Source: Bispira polyomma (Eukaryota). From it: 64,000 bases of DNA. Shown here in pieces: positions 27,521 through 40,639 of this stretch. Where the stretch lies: assembly GCA_965649765.1 (NCBI GenBank), contig OZ287754.1, positions 56,296,001 to 56,360,000 of the forward strand, read 5' to 3'. The position numbers and the translations under genes are program-made. The notes beneath the pieces are model-generated. The model saw only the letters and a program-made list of their open reading frames with translations, was not told where the DNA came from and searched no databases. The stretch's first letter is position 1; each line of letters begins with the position of its first letter.

Positions 27521-27986
27521 GTGTTATATCATATCTCTGTCACACCCACTGGTTATTACTCCGATACAAACAAAAATAAACCATTATAACTACATAAGCA
27601 TTTGTTACTTTTCCTGCTGTACATAGTTCTAATCATGTAGTACATTCCCCTTTAAACCAGTTTTCTACTTCTGATTTCTGTGTACTGATAGACTAAGTCA
27701 CCTTGGTAATAATCTGTGATAAAGCAGGTTCTAACAATCATTTCTTCAGGCAGTCTAGCCTAGCTTAAGGCTCATATGTTTGTCGGGGAGTCTCATTAGG
27801 TTTGGAACTCATCTTAAAAAAGTTAAATGTATCTGAACATGTGCAAGTTTTTAAAAATGATACAAACTCTTTATTTTTTTAATAAATTACAGTGGCATAC
27901 AATAATGAGCTGTAAATAACAGAATGGCTCTGGTTGCCGCAACTATGTTATAAATCTGTACTTTGGGTTTTTGTGTTTGGTGAATA

Positions 27987-28145
27987 ATTGTATTGTATTT
28001 TGCATTTTTAACGCCCCTTATTGATAAAAAACATCTACTAAAGCGCAACAACAGAATCAGTTAACCAATTGAGAAGTCCAAAACCATAGACAGGTCGTAA
28101 GAAAGGATGCAGGGAAAGGGGGTGTACAGGGAGACAATCGACGGC
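27987..28145 (-). mobile_element. L2 3'-UTR fragment
   Basis: Reverse complement of 10715-10865, including the (AATAC)n tail. Duplicate at 35796-35950. Confidence 0.8.
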
Positions 28146-29000
28146 ACTGCTGGTGGAATAATGGACAAGACTTGCATGTCATTTATTCTCACCGATAACG
28201 GACAAGTAGATCATCTTGCACACTGTCAGGATTTTCTGTTCACGTCACACTTCAGTTTTTATATAATTTAGCATGATATACTCAAATGAGTGACACAGCT
28301 TCTACCATTCTCGTAGAGAGATACTTTTAGTAAAACAGTTAAACTATCTCTCCTATAAACCCTATAACCTACCACCCAACACATCTGAACAATTCACAAC
28401 ACATGTGCGGTAATGTTATTAAAAGACTTTTGACAATTTACCAATGTAACATATTTAAGTTATTTGTATAGGTAACAGACAACATCAAGTACACACGTCA
28501 TTTTATCTTGTACCCATGTTATAAGGCTTATGTCCTTAGAACATTTACTCCATCTCTGATCTTTAAGAGGGGAGTCTCACTTGACAAGATCCTGACTTTA
28601 CCCTAGGCTCAGTAGTGTCTTCTCAGCATGTTGTTTTAGTTCCTTAAGTAGGTTGGTGTTCACGTTTAGTGTCCATACCAACGTATCTTAATACATTCAA
28701 TCATATGCTGATAATATGTTAGTTTGTCTCAATTTTTGACATCTTCTAGTGAGGTATTAAGGTGAAGAGTTAATCTGGGGGAGATATTGCTGTCGTGATA
28801 ATTGCTTCTCTACACGATGGCCAGAATTCTCAATAGTGCCCCAACTTGAAATGAGAACAAAATTGATCTTTCCCACAATTCCATGAGGTATCTCTAAGGA
28901 AATATTATGACGTTCTAATGATGAGCTTCTGCTTCAGGCCAATAAAGAAGAAGCTATTACTTATATGATCACATTATGCTGAATTAAAAATAAACATATA

Positions 29001-29178
29001 CAGTTAAACCCATTTAAGTAGAACTCTAACAAGTTAACAAGTATAATTATCGGTATCATAGGTAGAATATATATTAAGATTCCATATTGTTATATTTCTA
29101 ATTTTGCCCTGTTAAGTAGAATTTCTGTAGAACACATTTGTATGATACTTTCAGATTCCACTGAACAGGGTTATACTG
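29001..29178. mobile_element. Tc1/mariner-type MITE
   Basis: TA|CAGTTAAACCC...AGGGTTATACTG termini. Confidence 0.5.
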
Positions 29179-29999
29179 CATTTTGAATCACATGTAGTTG
29201 TAAAATAAACAAGACCTCTGACAAACATTCGCCCCAAGCAAGGCTACAGACCGTGTATTAAGGCTTTGTCGTGATAATCTGTTACCACTTTGCCAGAAGT
29301 GCCATGGGTTATAATAGCTAACATGACCCTCTTTATCAAAGAAAATTAGCAAAGAGCACTTTCAAACGGTCTAAGAAATTAGATATCAGTCCACAGATGA
29401 TTGCCACACACCATCTAAATTAAAGTGCTCCAGACAGTGCAATATCCCTTTTTAAGTTGAACTTTGTCAATTTATTTTCCGGTTTATTTTGGAAATAATA
29501 TATGCAGTACCACAAAGGCGTTTAAATCTACTCTGTTAAAAAGAACTCTGCTTTAGTGAAGGTCTTTCTGGTACCTTGGGGTTTCCACTTGTGTTGATTA
29601 TCAAAATCATGTATTATTATATACTTCTACAGGTTTTTTCAACTTGCAAATCTCACTTTTGGAGTGAAATTTAACAGAAAAACTTATTTCTAATATTAAT
29701 ATTTATTAAACAATATTACCCAACCTTTATGTGTAAAGTTTGAACAATCCAGGGCTGGTCTTATTCTTAAATTTAGTTTTTTGTCTTAAGCTATTTGATT
29801 AGCTTAAAATATTGTTTCAAAGAATCTCATTGGCTCAGTCTAAGAAAATTCTAAGAATGTTCATGAGTTTACTCACTCCAGATGCAATGTTTGTTTGAAA
29901 ATTTCAAACATCTTTGAAACATTTGGTTTACAATTTTTGGTAAAGTTGTTTGATGTCAATAATGCACAGGAGGTGTGGTAGGTGGCATATATAATAGTG

Positions 30000-30250
30000 G
30001 TTTTATTTTCATAAAGAAGAAACTGTACAACTTCTTTTTTTTAATGTAATTCCGTTAAAACAATTTGGGCAAACTGTTCAAAAACTATTAGAAAACAGTT
30101 ATCACTTTAGCAGAATTTTATCAGAGAAGGACTTTTTATTTGGAATACTTGAAAGTGATCATGAAAATAATAATGTGAATCACATTAATACAATTGTACT
30201 TTATGCTAAATATTGCATCTGGAAGTCAAAACTAGCAAAAAAACACATCA
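30000..30250 (+). mobile_element. L1/Tx1-clade LINE C-terminal relic
   Basis: Broken frames give 'KEETVQLLFF', 'CNSVKTIW' and 'LSEKDFLFGI...NHINTIVLYAKYCIWKSK'. Duplicate at about 37085-37390. Confidence 0.6.
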
Positions 30251-31632
30251 AAATATTATCCAATGTTCAATTGTATACAATAATAGTGTTATTATGTAAT
30301 AACATTAGATTTATAATTGAATATTTGAAATAGCTGGGTGCAACAATGTTTTGTGTTTGTTCCGTGACATGTCCCTTGCAGTAACTGTTCCAAGCTGTTC
30401 GTGTCATGTGGAGTCTTGCGTCCTTATTTTCCTTTTGCGTAAAACAAATGTAAATATTATTAGTACAGTACAATATGTGGTTACTTAAAAACAAAAACAT
30501 TGTAAAAATATACAAAAAACATTTATATAAAAGTGCCAGTGACCATAAACTGCTAAAATGGAAACTAAACCTAGACTTCACATTGCCATAAAGAAGTTAA
30601 TGAAGAATCACTCTCATTCAAACGTGCGTTGCGGGAGGTTACAACGAACGGACTGTTACTTCACGAATATCGCCCCCACTCACCTCCTAAAAATCCCCCA
30701 GTCCCATTTAGATGTGCGCCAGTGAGCATCTGGCAGGCGAGTTTAAAAACAAAAGTGTGACAGGTACCTTCACTAACACCTACTAATGAGAAACAAAGAC
30801 ATAACGGATAATAATAAACACCCACAAATTCATCACTAATTGCAAGGAATGCTCGCTAACGGTTACTAATTGCAATTATTATGAAACGAGCCAGAATGAT
30901 CCAACACGAGCTGGTACGATCGAGAAATGATCCCAAATTAATCTCACCCCACTCCACCCCAGTTGAAACCTACTGTCACTGATTACTACGAAGACGTCTG
31001 TGGTGCCTTTGTGATGGCCATCTGTCTTAATGAGAGATGGGCATTGGGGAAACAATAATATACTTTTGCCTTACTGCACCAGTATTGTAATACATTTATC
31101 ACGATACCCTAAGTGTGATCAAAACGCCAACAGCAAGACATTTTTTTTTGGTGAATTCTGCCATGGTAAACACTTGTGCCTTTCCCAAAAATGAACAGTC
31201 AATAATAAGTTTCTCGCTGATAAGTTTCTAGTGAAATGAGTTTAGGGCACCTAAACTACGTCATGAGGCTTTCAAGGCAATGACTTTTTTTGACTGGGGA
31301 ATGGAAACAAATATAATATAACTCATTATGGACCAATCATTGGGTTTAAAACAATGGGAGGAAGTTACAAAAATGAGACACTTACTGTGGAGGGGATAAC
31401 GTGGTTGTTTTAAATAAATTCTAGGAAATTGAAAATATCTAAAAATAAACACGGTACGGTGTATAGCTAAATTGTTGTTGTTGAAATTGATCTTTTTAAT
31501 GACTGACTACAGTAAAAAAAAACCAGATTTGTAAATTATCAAAATATTTCAACAATTATTTCATCCTGGCCAATCCTTGGTATATCGATATGATTTTTCG
31601 AAAAAGGTGGAAAAATTTGCATGTAAAGATTG

Positions 31633-31900
31633 AAAGATAAGTCTGGAGGGCCCAAAAGATAAGTCTTAACCTTAAAAAGACAAGTGTTAACTGGAAGAGA
31701 TAGGTCTTAAACCTACCACGTTCTCATAAAGATAAGTGTGCCAGCCTTGCTGTTTCAGATAAATTTTTGTTATATTTTTTTTCAGTTTTTGGAAGAAATA
31801 AATCTTTTCATCAAAAGATAAGACGTTGGAAGGAAAATATAAATATTTTCGTCAAAAGATAAGTCGTTACTAGGAAAAGATAGCTCTGGAGGGGGCCTGA
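31633..31900 (+). repeat. Array of AAAGATAAG motifs present only in duplication copy 2
   Basis: About 10 degenerate (A)AAGATAAGT(C) copies at 20-45 bp spacing. Absent at the equivalent site near 24085. Confidence 0.8.
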
Positions 31901-34900
31901 AAACTTTTTAAAACAAGAGTTGTCTTTTTGAAAAGTCACAGTCTCACATTGTAAAATACACTAACGTTAATATGTCTACTATATACTCAGGCAAATCTTA
32001 CACAACCCTCAGTTTGGAAGGGTCAATTGCTTCCAACCAATCCATGAAGGGTCTTCCATAATATTTCTAAGATGGTGGCGCCATTTTCAGAATAAAAACA
32101 CCATCAGGCTGTATGCCTGATAATAAAAAGGACTTCCCCTCAAAGATCAAACAGTTGGTTTACAGTGGTTTGGATAACATAGTTTCTGCTGACAGTTAAA
32201 CCGTCACAACTGATTCTGTACTTTCAACTTTGCACAGTGTAACCAAATATTTTTGGAGAGCAAAATTTAATTCATCAAATGGAAGATACAGTTTATTTTG
32301 ACTGAATAGGAAAATGTTATTTGGAAAGTGAGTTCATGAAATGGAATATTCAAATTGTAGAACTTTGGATAATAAAGTATTCGCCAGGGTATATTTATTT
32401 CATAACACACAATAGATATAATCAACAAATAAAGCATTAAAAGTAGGTTAAAGCAATTATAATTTTCAGTATTTGTTGTCAGTAAAAATCACTTGTACCC
32501 TTGTAAATTGTATTGTATTTGTATAACAGAACCAGTTAGCCAATATCTAGAAACTATTATAAAAAAAACAGTTAAAACTATGTTATAATGTCAAAATAGT
32601 TGACATTAATTTGAACAATTAGAACATACTTACATCATCTCAATGGTAATATAACAGACAATAGAAAAACTATTTTAAATTGCTGTAGCAAAAAGATTAT
32701 AAAGCAAACAGTAGTGTATTTTTTTGAATATTTTTTAGCAATATGCGATTCTTTCGCCTCACGCTTTAGAAGATGCCTGGCTTCAAATAGGCAAGTTAAT
32801 AATCTATCATATCATGAATAGATACTTACGTTTATGTTAACCTTAACTTTTACCAGTATAAGTTTATTATACCTCCCTGTCACTAGTATAAGGTGACCTT
32901 AACTCCATGTGTCACCCGCATGAGGTGACCTAACTAGATTATAAGTGACCCTCAAGCTCATCCATCACTGAAGGTGACCTTAAATAAGTATCCCTTACAT
33001 TCCTTTAAACACCTTTTCAGATGACCTTAAATTAAAGATCTGGAATTGTGAAGTTAAGATAAGACTAGCATATATATATTACAGTCAATCTGTGAAATCA
33101 GTGATTATGCAAAACTTTGAGTCATTCAACTTGTGAATGCCAGTACGAAATAAATAGAAATTCTTGTAATTATACCAAAAATAAAAGAAACAGAAATTCC
33201 CAATTCAAAATCACTAGTGTTACTTACCTATAGAAGTAGTAGTGCACAATCCTAGGCTATCCCCACACAGTGTTATACACAAGCTTATATTTTAGCAATC
33301 CTATCCTTAATAAAACCATTTGAACTCTTTTCCAGTAACTCTGTAACTACTATTATCCTAGTGCAGAAGTGAGTAGCAGAAACAACTAGTTTCCTATTGT
33401 CTTTTCTTCCACCACTTCAACTTGGAGAAGAAAAAAAATCAAATCAATCTATTTCTGGAAGGTCAGTAATGAATGCAAATCTTCTTTAAGTCTGGGATTT
33501 CCATTCACAATAAGCCTGGTATTTCTTGTTTTCTATTTATTTATTTTTTTTCAAATAATTTTTCCACTTTTCGTTTGACTCCCCCCTCTCATAGACTTTG
33601 ACTTGCCGTCATGAAAGATAGCGTATGCAATTTGCTTATCTAAAAACCTTCTCTTGTTTTAACAAACACTTCAGTTGGCTGTGTTAACATATGTAGACAC
33701 AATCTAGATGTTATAATACATTATAGCAGTAAAAGAGTATTTAAAGTTGTTCAGAAGTTATATCCAGAATCTAACATCTCCAGATTATATCAACACTGCA
33801 TTAGCTGTGGTGCTGCCACTGTTGCCAAATGCTGAAGTGTTTCTTGTATTTGCTGATGTGATGAAGGAGAGAGTCATGATTTTCTGATACAATGTAATAT
33901 CTAGCACTAAGGAATGAAAACAACCATAAAATGCCGGAAATGTGCCCATTGTTAAACTGGATAGCCGAGTGGGTTTTAAAAAGAATATTTATCTATCTAT
34001 GTTAAAATGACGCAATTCTTATTAGTTTAGAAGAATAATGGTACAAAAAAAGCAAACTTTCTGTGATAAATAAATTATAAGAGAGATTTATATATAGACA
34101 TTTCTTTTACTACAAGAAGTCACATGAAACTATGGTACTTGGCACATTAGTATATTGTAGTTACAGAATAATCTGAACATTAAGGAAATGAACTGGTGAG
34201 CATAACTTATCTGCCAGAGTTAATTTTTAAAGGCTAACAACATAGCCGCCACAATCTACAATATAAATATATGAACTGCAAGCAGACCAGGTAGAAACTG
34301 AAAAAAATATTTTTAAATTGAAAATTAAGCTTTAGGAGATTCATTTGACTTAAAATTTAACTTTTGTTTATTTGATTTGATTTTTTACTTTAAAGATTAA
34401 TACAGACATCAGTATTTTTAAGAATACATTCTCAGATACAGGTCAATGTGAACCCGTATTGTGATCAAAGATCATTGAGCTTGATTCAAGGTGAAATGAA
34501 GACCAAGTTTAAGAGAAAGGCAGATCCCTATGGATGGATACAAATACAAGTTTTAATGGTTACTAAAATTAATTACTACTGAAAATTTCCCAGAACTTTT
34601 ACAGAAGTTCAGAAAGTCAATAACTCCCAAACTAATTGAAAGTACTAAAAAATGGAATTGTCGAGATCCATTGACACTTTGGACATAGAAATCATAAAGT
34701 TTGAATTCTAATATGTTTTAAATACATTTCTTCATTTTTCTTTCTGTATTATGCTTTTAGAGACTTTGGGGTTTGTTCCATTTGACAATGGCAATATGTA
34801 CATGTATATACATTTCAAAAATCAAAATTGAGTGTTATTACTTACTGAAGGAAATATACACCTTTATATTTACGGGGTGAACAGTAAAAGGATATTACTT

Positions 34901-34989
34901 ATGAATGTCTATGATTTCTTTAAATATAGTTATTCTTAACATTATTTCATTATTGCTAATACGTCATTCCCTACTGATTACAATCAACA

Positions 34990-35305
34990 GGGAGTTGGTT
35001 TGGTGATCCTGGGTTCGATTCCCAGTACCAGCCACTAGTTTCATTTTTTCGTGTGATAACATCCTTGAGCAAGATGTGAACAAGCATTTGCCTAGTGGGT
35101 TGGACAACCATTTAAAATGGCGATAGTCCTCTGTCACTGAGTTCTATCTCTAGTGGCAGGTTAAAGATCCTTGGGGATGTTGATAAATGGTCATCCTCAA
35201 GGCTTGGTGAAATGGCCCAATGGTGTATAAGTGTGTTATAACAAATATCACCTCAAGGCTTGGTGAAATGGCCCTATGGTGTATAAGTGTGCTATAACAA
35301 ATATC
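34990..35305 (+). mobile_element. Degraded SINE with CORE-like segment
   Basis: B box GGTTCGATTCC, then 'atccttgagcaagatgtgaac' (CORE-like). Has a ~56-bp tandem duplication at its 3' end (35195-35305). Confidence 0.55.
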
Positions 35306-35795
35306 ATGTGTTATATCATATCTCTGTTACACCCGGTGGTTATTACACTGATACCAAACAAAAATAAACCATTATAACTACATAAGCATTTGTTACTTTT
35401 CCTGCTGTACATAGTTCTAATCATGTAGTACATTCCCCTTTAAACCAGTTTTCTACTTCTGATTTCTGTGTACTGATAGACTAAGTCACCTTGGTAATAA
35501 TCTGTCATAAAAGAAGGTTTTAACAATCATTTCTTCGGGCAATCTAGCCTCGCACAAGGCTTGTATGTTTGTCGGGAAGTCTCATTAAGTTTTGAAATCA
35601 TCTTAAAAACGTTAAATGCATCTAATGTAAAAATAAAGACTGAACATGTGCAAGTTGTTAAAAATTAAACAAACTCCTATTTTCTTTAATAGATTACAGT
35701 GGCATACAATAATAAGTTATAAATAACAGAATGGCTCTGGTTACTGTAACTATGTTATAAATCTGTACTTTGGGTTTTTTTGTTTGGTGAATAAT

Positions 35796-35950
35796 TGTAT
35801 TGTATTTTGCATTTTAACACACCTTATTGATGCGAGGCATCTACTAAAGTGCAACAACAGAATCAGTAAACCAATCGAGAAGTCCAAAAACCCTAGCCAG
35901 GTCGTTAGAAAAGGATGCAAGGGGTATACAGGGAGGGAATAGACGGTGCT
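35796..35950 (-). mobile_element. L2 3'-UTR fragment (duplicate of 27987-28145)
   Basis: Reverse complement of 10715-10865. Confidence 0.75.
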
Positions 35951-38663
35951 GACGGAGGAATAATGGATGAGACTTGTACATCATTTATTCTCACCAATAA
36001 CGGACGAGTAGATCATCTTGCATACTGTCAGGATTATCTGTTAACTGCGCACTTCAGGTCTTTATATAATTTAGCATGATATATACTAAAATGAGTAACA
36101 CAGCTTCTACCCGTATTAGAGGTAAAACTTATTTTAAGATCCCATATTGCAAAATTTGCCCTGTCAAGAAGAATTTCTGGAGAACAAATGTTTATGATAC
36201 ATTCCGATTCAACTTAACAGGGTATACTGCATTTTAAATCACATGTAGTTGTAAAATAAACAAGACCTCAGACAAACATCCGCTCCAAGCAAGGCTACAA
36301 ACTATGTACTATGGCTTTGTCATGATAATCCGTTACCACTTTGCCAGAAGTGCCATGGGTTATAATACCTAACATGACCCCCTTTATCAAAGAATAGTAG
36401 CAAACAGCACTTTCAATAGGGTCTACGAAATTGGATATCAGTCCACAGATGATTGCCACAGCATCTGAATTAAATTGCTCCAGACAGTACAAGATCCCTT
36501 TTTAAGTTGAACTTTGTCAACCTAGTTTCAGATTTATTTTAGAAAGAAATGTGAGCAGTAAATATAACAAAGGCGGTTCTTTTAAAATCTACTCTGTTAA
36601 GCAGAACTCTGCTTTAGTAGAGGTCTTTCTCCTGGTACCTTGGGGATTCCACTTGTGTTATTTATAGTATTATTATATACTTCTAGAGGGTTTTTTAAAC
36701 TTGTAAATCATCTAACTTTTGGATTGAAATTTAACAGAAAAATACTAAACCTATTTCTATTATTAATATATATTAACGATAATATCTAAATAACCTTCAT
36801 GTGTGAAGTAAGAACAACCCACTGCTGGTGTTAACAAAGATTCTTCTTCATAAATTTAGTTTTTTGTCTTAAGCAATTTGATTAGCTGAAAATATTGTTT
36901 CAAAGAATCTTATTAGCTCAGTCCAAGAAAAATCTTAGAACGTTTATGATTATATAATACTTACTCCAGATGCAATGTTTGTTTGAAAATTTCAAACATC
37001 TTTGTAACATTTGGTTTACTTTTTTTGGTGAAGTAGTTTAATGTCAATAATGCACAGGTGATTTGTCAGGTGGCACATAAAATAGTGGTTTCATTTTTAT
37101 AAAGAAACTTTAGAATATCTTTTTTATTGAATGTAATTCTGTTAAAAACAATTTTAGGCTAGCAGCTTAAGAAATATATAAAAAAACAGTTATCACTTCA
37201 GCAGAATTTTATCAGAGAAGGACATTCTATTTGGAACACTCGAAAGTGATCATGAAAATAATAATGTGAATCATATTAATACAATTGTACTTTATGCTGA
37301 ATATTGGAAGTCAAAACTAGCAAAAAAACACATCCAACCATCGAAGAATTTCAAAAAAATTATCCAATGTTCAATTGTATAGAATAATAGTGTTATTATG
37401 TAATGACATTAGATTTATATGTTTTGTGTTTGTTCCGTGACATGTCCCCTGCAGTAACTGTCCCCTGCTGTTCATGTCATGTGGAGGTTTGCGTCCTTAG
37501 TTACCTTTTACGTAAAACATATGTAAATCTTATAAGTACATTACTATATGTGGTTACTTAAAAACAAAAACATTGTATAGATATAATGTTGAAAAAAAAT
37601 TATATGATACAGCCAGTGACCATAAACTACTAAAATGGAAACTAACATTTTTTTCTTTTCTTTTTGCAACGTTATCTGAAATAAGTAGCAAATTGTTTCA
37701 GTGCGGCGAGAGGTACTTTCAAAAGACGTGCCAAAACTGTGCAGTTCATTTCATGTACCAACTGTCTCCCACCCTAACCCCCACCCCCACTTAATCAAGT
37801 ATGTGTTAAGTGACTGATTCATTTATGGTGGTATCATTGTCTATTGCAATATGTTGTTTTAGAAAAGGAGGGTAATAAGTCTTATTCTTTATGTATTCAT
37901 ATCTGCAAATGACTACACCTTTGGGGGGTTGTTAGGCCAAATGGTACAGCCACACATTATGTGACCTCACACGTGTAATTCAATGCATGGAATAAATATT
38001 TATACTCCAACACTGTTGGTCTTAATGTCTCATTTCTCAATGCTAAGTACTTTGGCATCTCACCGCACGGTGTTATCTAAATTAAGTAAGTGGTTCACTC
38101 AGAAGAAACTATGGTCTACTTAAAGAGGTAATGTTTGGTTACACCCTTATAGAACAGCACAGTTCTGTTCCTGGGTATAACCATGAAGCGTTTGTTTTCA
38201 TGTGCATGACAAGTGGTTTCAGCTTGCGGTTTTTGAAATTTGAACAATAGACATGTTTTCATGTATGCAGCTTGCAGTATGCAGTTCGCACAATCCTGGG
38301 GCTGTAACTGATTTTTTGCAGCATCAAGAGCCAGATGTACATAATTCTTACACATTTGAAGACATTTGAGGTTATTTGTTGTCAAACTTTTTTTCTTATT
38401 TTACTAATTATAATGCTGAAAATAATTTTAAAAGATTTTTTTGCAAGAAAAAAAAAGATTTTAGAACAAAATACTATATTTGGGCATACATCATCTCCCT
38501 TAATAAATATAGCCACAAACCACACACACAGACATTAGTAGCTAGCTTGCCAGATATCATCATCAGATATCATGGATAGAAGAATCGGAGGTGGGACATG
38601 CTTGGCAACAGTCATTTCATTCTCACAGTTTTTCTTATCAGGAGGTTGTCTCTAAATAATGGT

Positions 38664-38910
38664 TTAAATCAAGTAAGAGGTTAGAATTTTCCTTGTTTTC
38701 ATATTATTTAGAAACCATTTTCCCAAAATGAGCGTACAGTTAACAATTTCTATTATTGGATCATTTTCAATTGGAATCCCAAAAATGACCTCACATAGAG
38801 TAAAACTTAATTTAAGTACCAATACTTCCAAACACAAATTACTCGATTCATTAAATGCGTACAAGTGGTGGATGATAATACCAGTCTTTTTGCAATAGGA
38901 ACATGTTAGC
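38664..38910 (-). mobile_element. L1/Tx1-clade LINE C-terminal relic
   Basis: 'CSYCKKTGIIIHHLY...VIFGIP...IVNCTLILGKWFL' matches the CCHC-plus-tail pattern at the end of L1/Tx1 ORF2. Confidence 0.6.
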
Positions 38911-39799
38911 AGAAACATGATAGGCTTTGACAAGTCAGAAAGACAGATAATTGCTTCATGCATATTCCGGACACAGATATATTAACTACATTTTTATACT
39001 GTTAAGTAGCCTTACGATTGTGAAGAAGTTTAATTTTTAAACCAAATATACATATTAACTTTAATAGAACTGTTTTATAAGTGTTATCAGCATAATGTAT
39101 GGTGAGAGCAATTTTATGAGCATATTTAATGTCTCAATCGCAGACCAGATCTGGAAATCTTTGTTCAGCAACTTAGTGATGATAATTCCAGAGATTTTAC
39201 AGGGTAGAAAACATCAGTGATGACAACAAGGTCAATTGGTCATGGTTCAAGGTCAAAATTTGCATGAAATGAAAGAAATAGGCCCATACTAAACACACAA
39301 ACACCACAATAAGTTAGAAGTTGACTGTATTTTGCCCCCAAAAATCATAAATTTTTGTGATCATTATTGTTTACATGTAATCACATGTAAGTTATAAGAA
39401 GTAAGTGATGAAGTTCTAATAATGCAGACCTGCTTTGAGAAGACTCAGGACAGGTTTTGATCATGAAAAACAAAGAAAAGGATCCTGAAACAATTTTATT
39501 CATTTATGTTTATGCATTAATACAATAAGCCTAGGTTTCCTGGTAGCACATTCTTATTCTTAAATTTTTGTTTGTTTTGACTGAAAAATGGTGTCAAATA
39601 ATTTGATTGGTTGAGACTAAGAAAGTTCTAGTATTCTTGTATTTCAAGAATGTTTGTGAATATGGCTCTACGAGGCCAATTTCTAGTATTTTCATACAGC
39701 CAATTTTCACTGACCGTTTGTGAAATGTTAAATAGAATGAATAGAATAGCCAGGTGGTAAGGATGGATGTGGGAATGTACAGTAAGGGAGGGGGGTAAG

Positions 39800-40538
39800 T
39801 GTTACATATAAGGACATTGTAGTTTGTTAAAGCACTCTGCCAGAGTGATCTATTTATAGATTTGGGGAAACCCCTAAGCTTCTAGAAGCTGTTTCTATTT
39901 TGTTTCTATTTTGCTGGAATATTCTAGCAATTGCTTACATATTCTAGAGCCTTCTCTAGCAGTTGTATATATAAGGGTTGACAGCCTGGCCACAGACCAG
40001 AGATTATTGAGTTGATGTGCTATACAAACTGCTATACTGTGAAAGATTTTATTTCTTTTCCTGTGGATATAAACTGATTACTACATATGTTTTTGTGGTG
40101 AACTTATTGGAGCATTGAACTAGATAAAAGTTGTGGATCTACCAGAGATTGGATTTACTGCATATTGGATATTGTTTGCATCCTGGACTGGATAGCTTAG
40201 TTGTGCAGACTCTCTGGATATATACATTTTGTGTTTGTAGACACCGAACGGATAACAGGATACAGGCATTGTGTGGACACCGAGTGGATCTCAAGACAGA
40301 TTGCTGGATACAGTGGACAAACTTGTTTAATTGTTATTTATGTGGACAGGACTGTGGTCAGGTCAGATTGGTTTCATTATTGTATTATTGTATGAGCTAT
40401 TAAGGGTATCTCAGTTGACTGTAATTCTGTAATTGTTATTTTATTTGTTAAATAAAGTTGTGAAACTTTTTGTCATTTCCTGTTACAACCTCAAAGCAAC
40501 CGGTAATTTCTACCGCACTTGCTCCCGTGACCGTAACA
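39800..40538 (+). repeat. 5' LTR
   Basis: TGTTAC...GTAACA; TATA-like 'tatatataag' near 39966; AATAAA near 40451. Confidence 0.95.
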
Positions 40539-40545
40539 GGAAAAT

Positions 40546-40556
40546 TGGGGGATCTA
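40546..40556 (+). promoter_or_regulatory. Degenerate primer-binding site (tRNA-Pro-like)
   Basis: TGGGGGATCTA lies 7 nt after the LTR. The canonical tRNA-Pro PBS begins TGGGGGCTC. Confidence 0.5.
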
Positions 40557-40639
40557 ACCATTTGATCTAACTATTTTTATAGCTTTTTGAAAAATTATTT
40601 ATTTTGTTTGAAAATATATTACAGTCAACAGTGCTCAAA

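Larger units (their letters stand above)
22945..30570. repeat. Tandem segmental duplication, copy 1 (~7.6 kb)
   Basis: Colinear with 30571-37647, from 'cattggcataaaaaagtttatgaag' to 'gtgaccataaactgctaaaatggaaactaa'. Confidence 0.95.
30571..37647. repeat. Tandem segmental duplication, copy 2 (~7.1 kb)
   Basis: Directly abuts copy 1. Roughly 90% identical by eye, with copy-specific indels. Confidence 0.95.

Noticed and set aside
28660-28700. Minus-strand 'IKIRWYGH' resembling the RTE-LINE RWxGH motif
   Set aside because: Single short motif; surrounding frames are unreadable.
31633-31900. CRISPR-like repeat-spacer appearance
   Set aside because: Repeats are only ~10 bp, degenerate and irregularly spaced; eukaryotic context with no cas genes.
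33850-33890. TGATGA...CTGA resembling a C/D snoRNA
   Set aside because: Boxes are only ~29 nt apart and the C box is disrupted in the other copy.
350-38580. Numerous 60-135 aa ORFs in the track
   Set aside because: Low-complexity or repeat-derived, often with non-ATG starts and no recognisable domain. Several are not preserved in the duplicated copies.
39784-39795. PPT-like G tract upstream of the 5' LTR, suggesting a tandem element
   Set aside because: Separated from the LTR by 4 nt and with no pol homology upstream.
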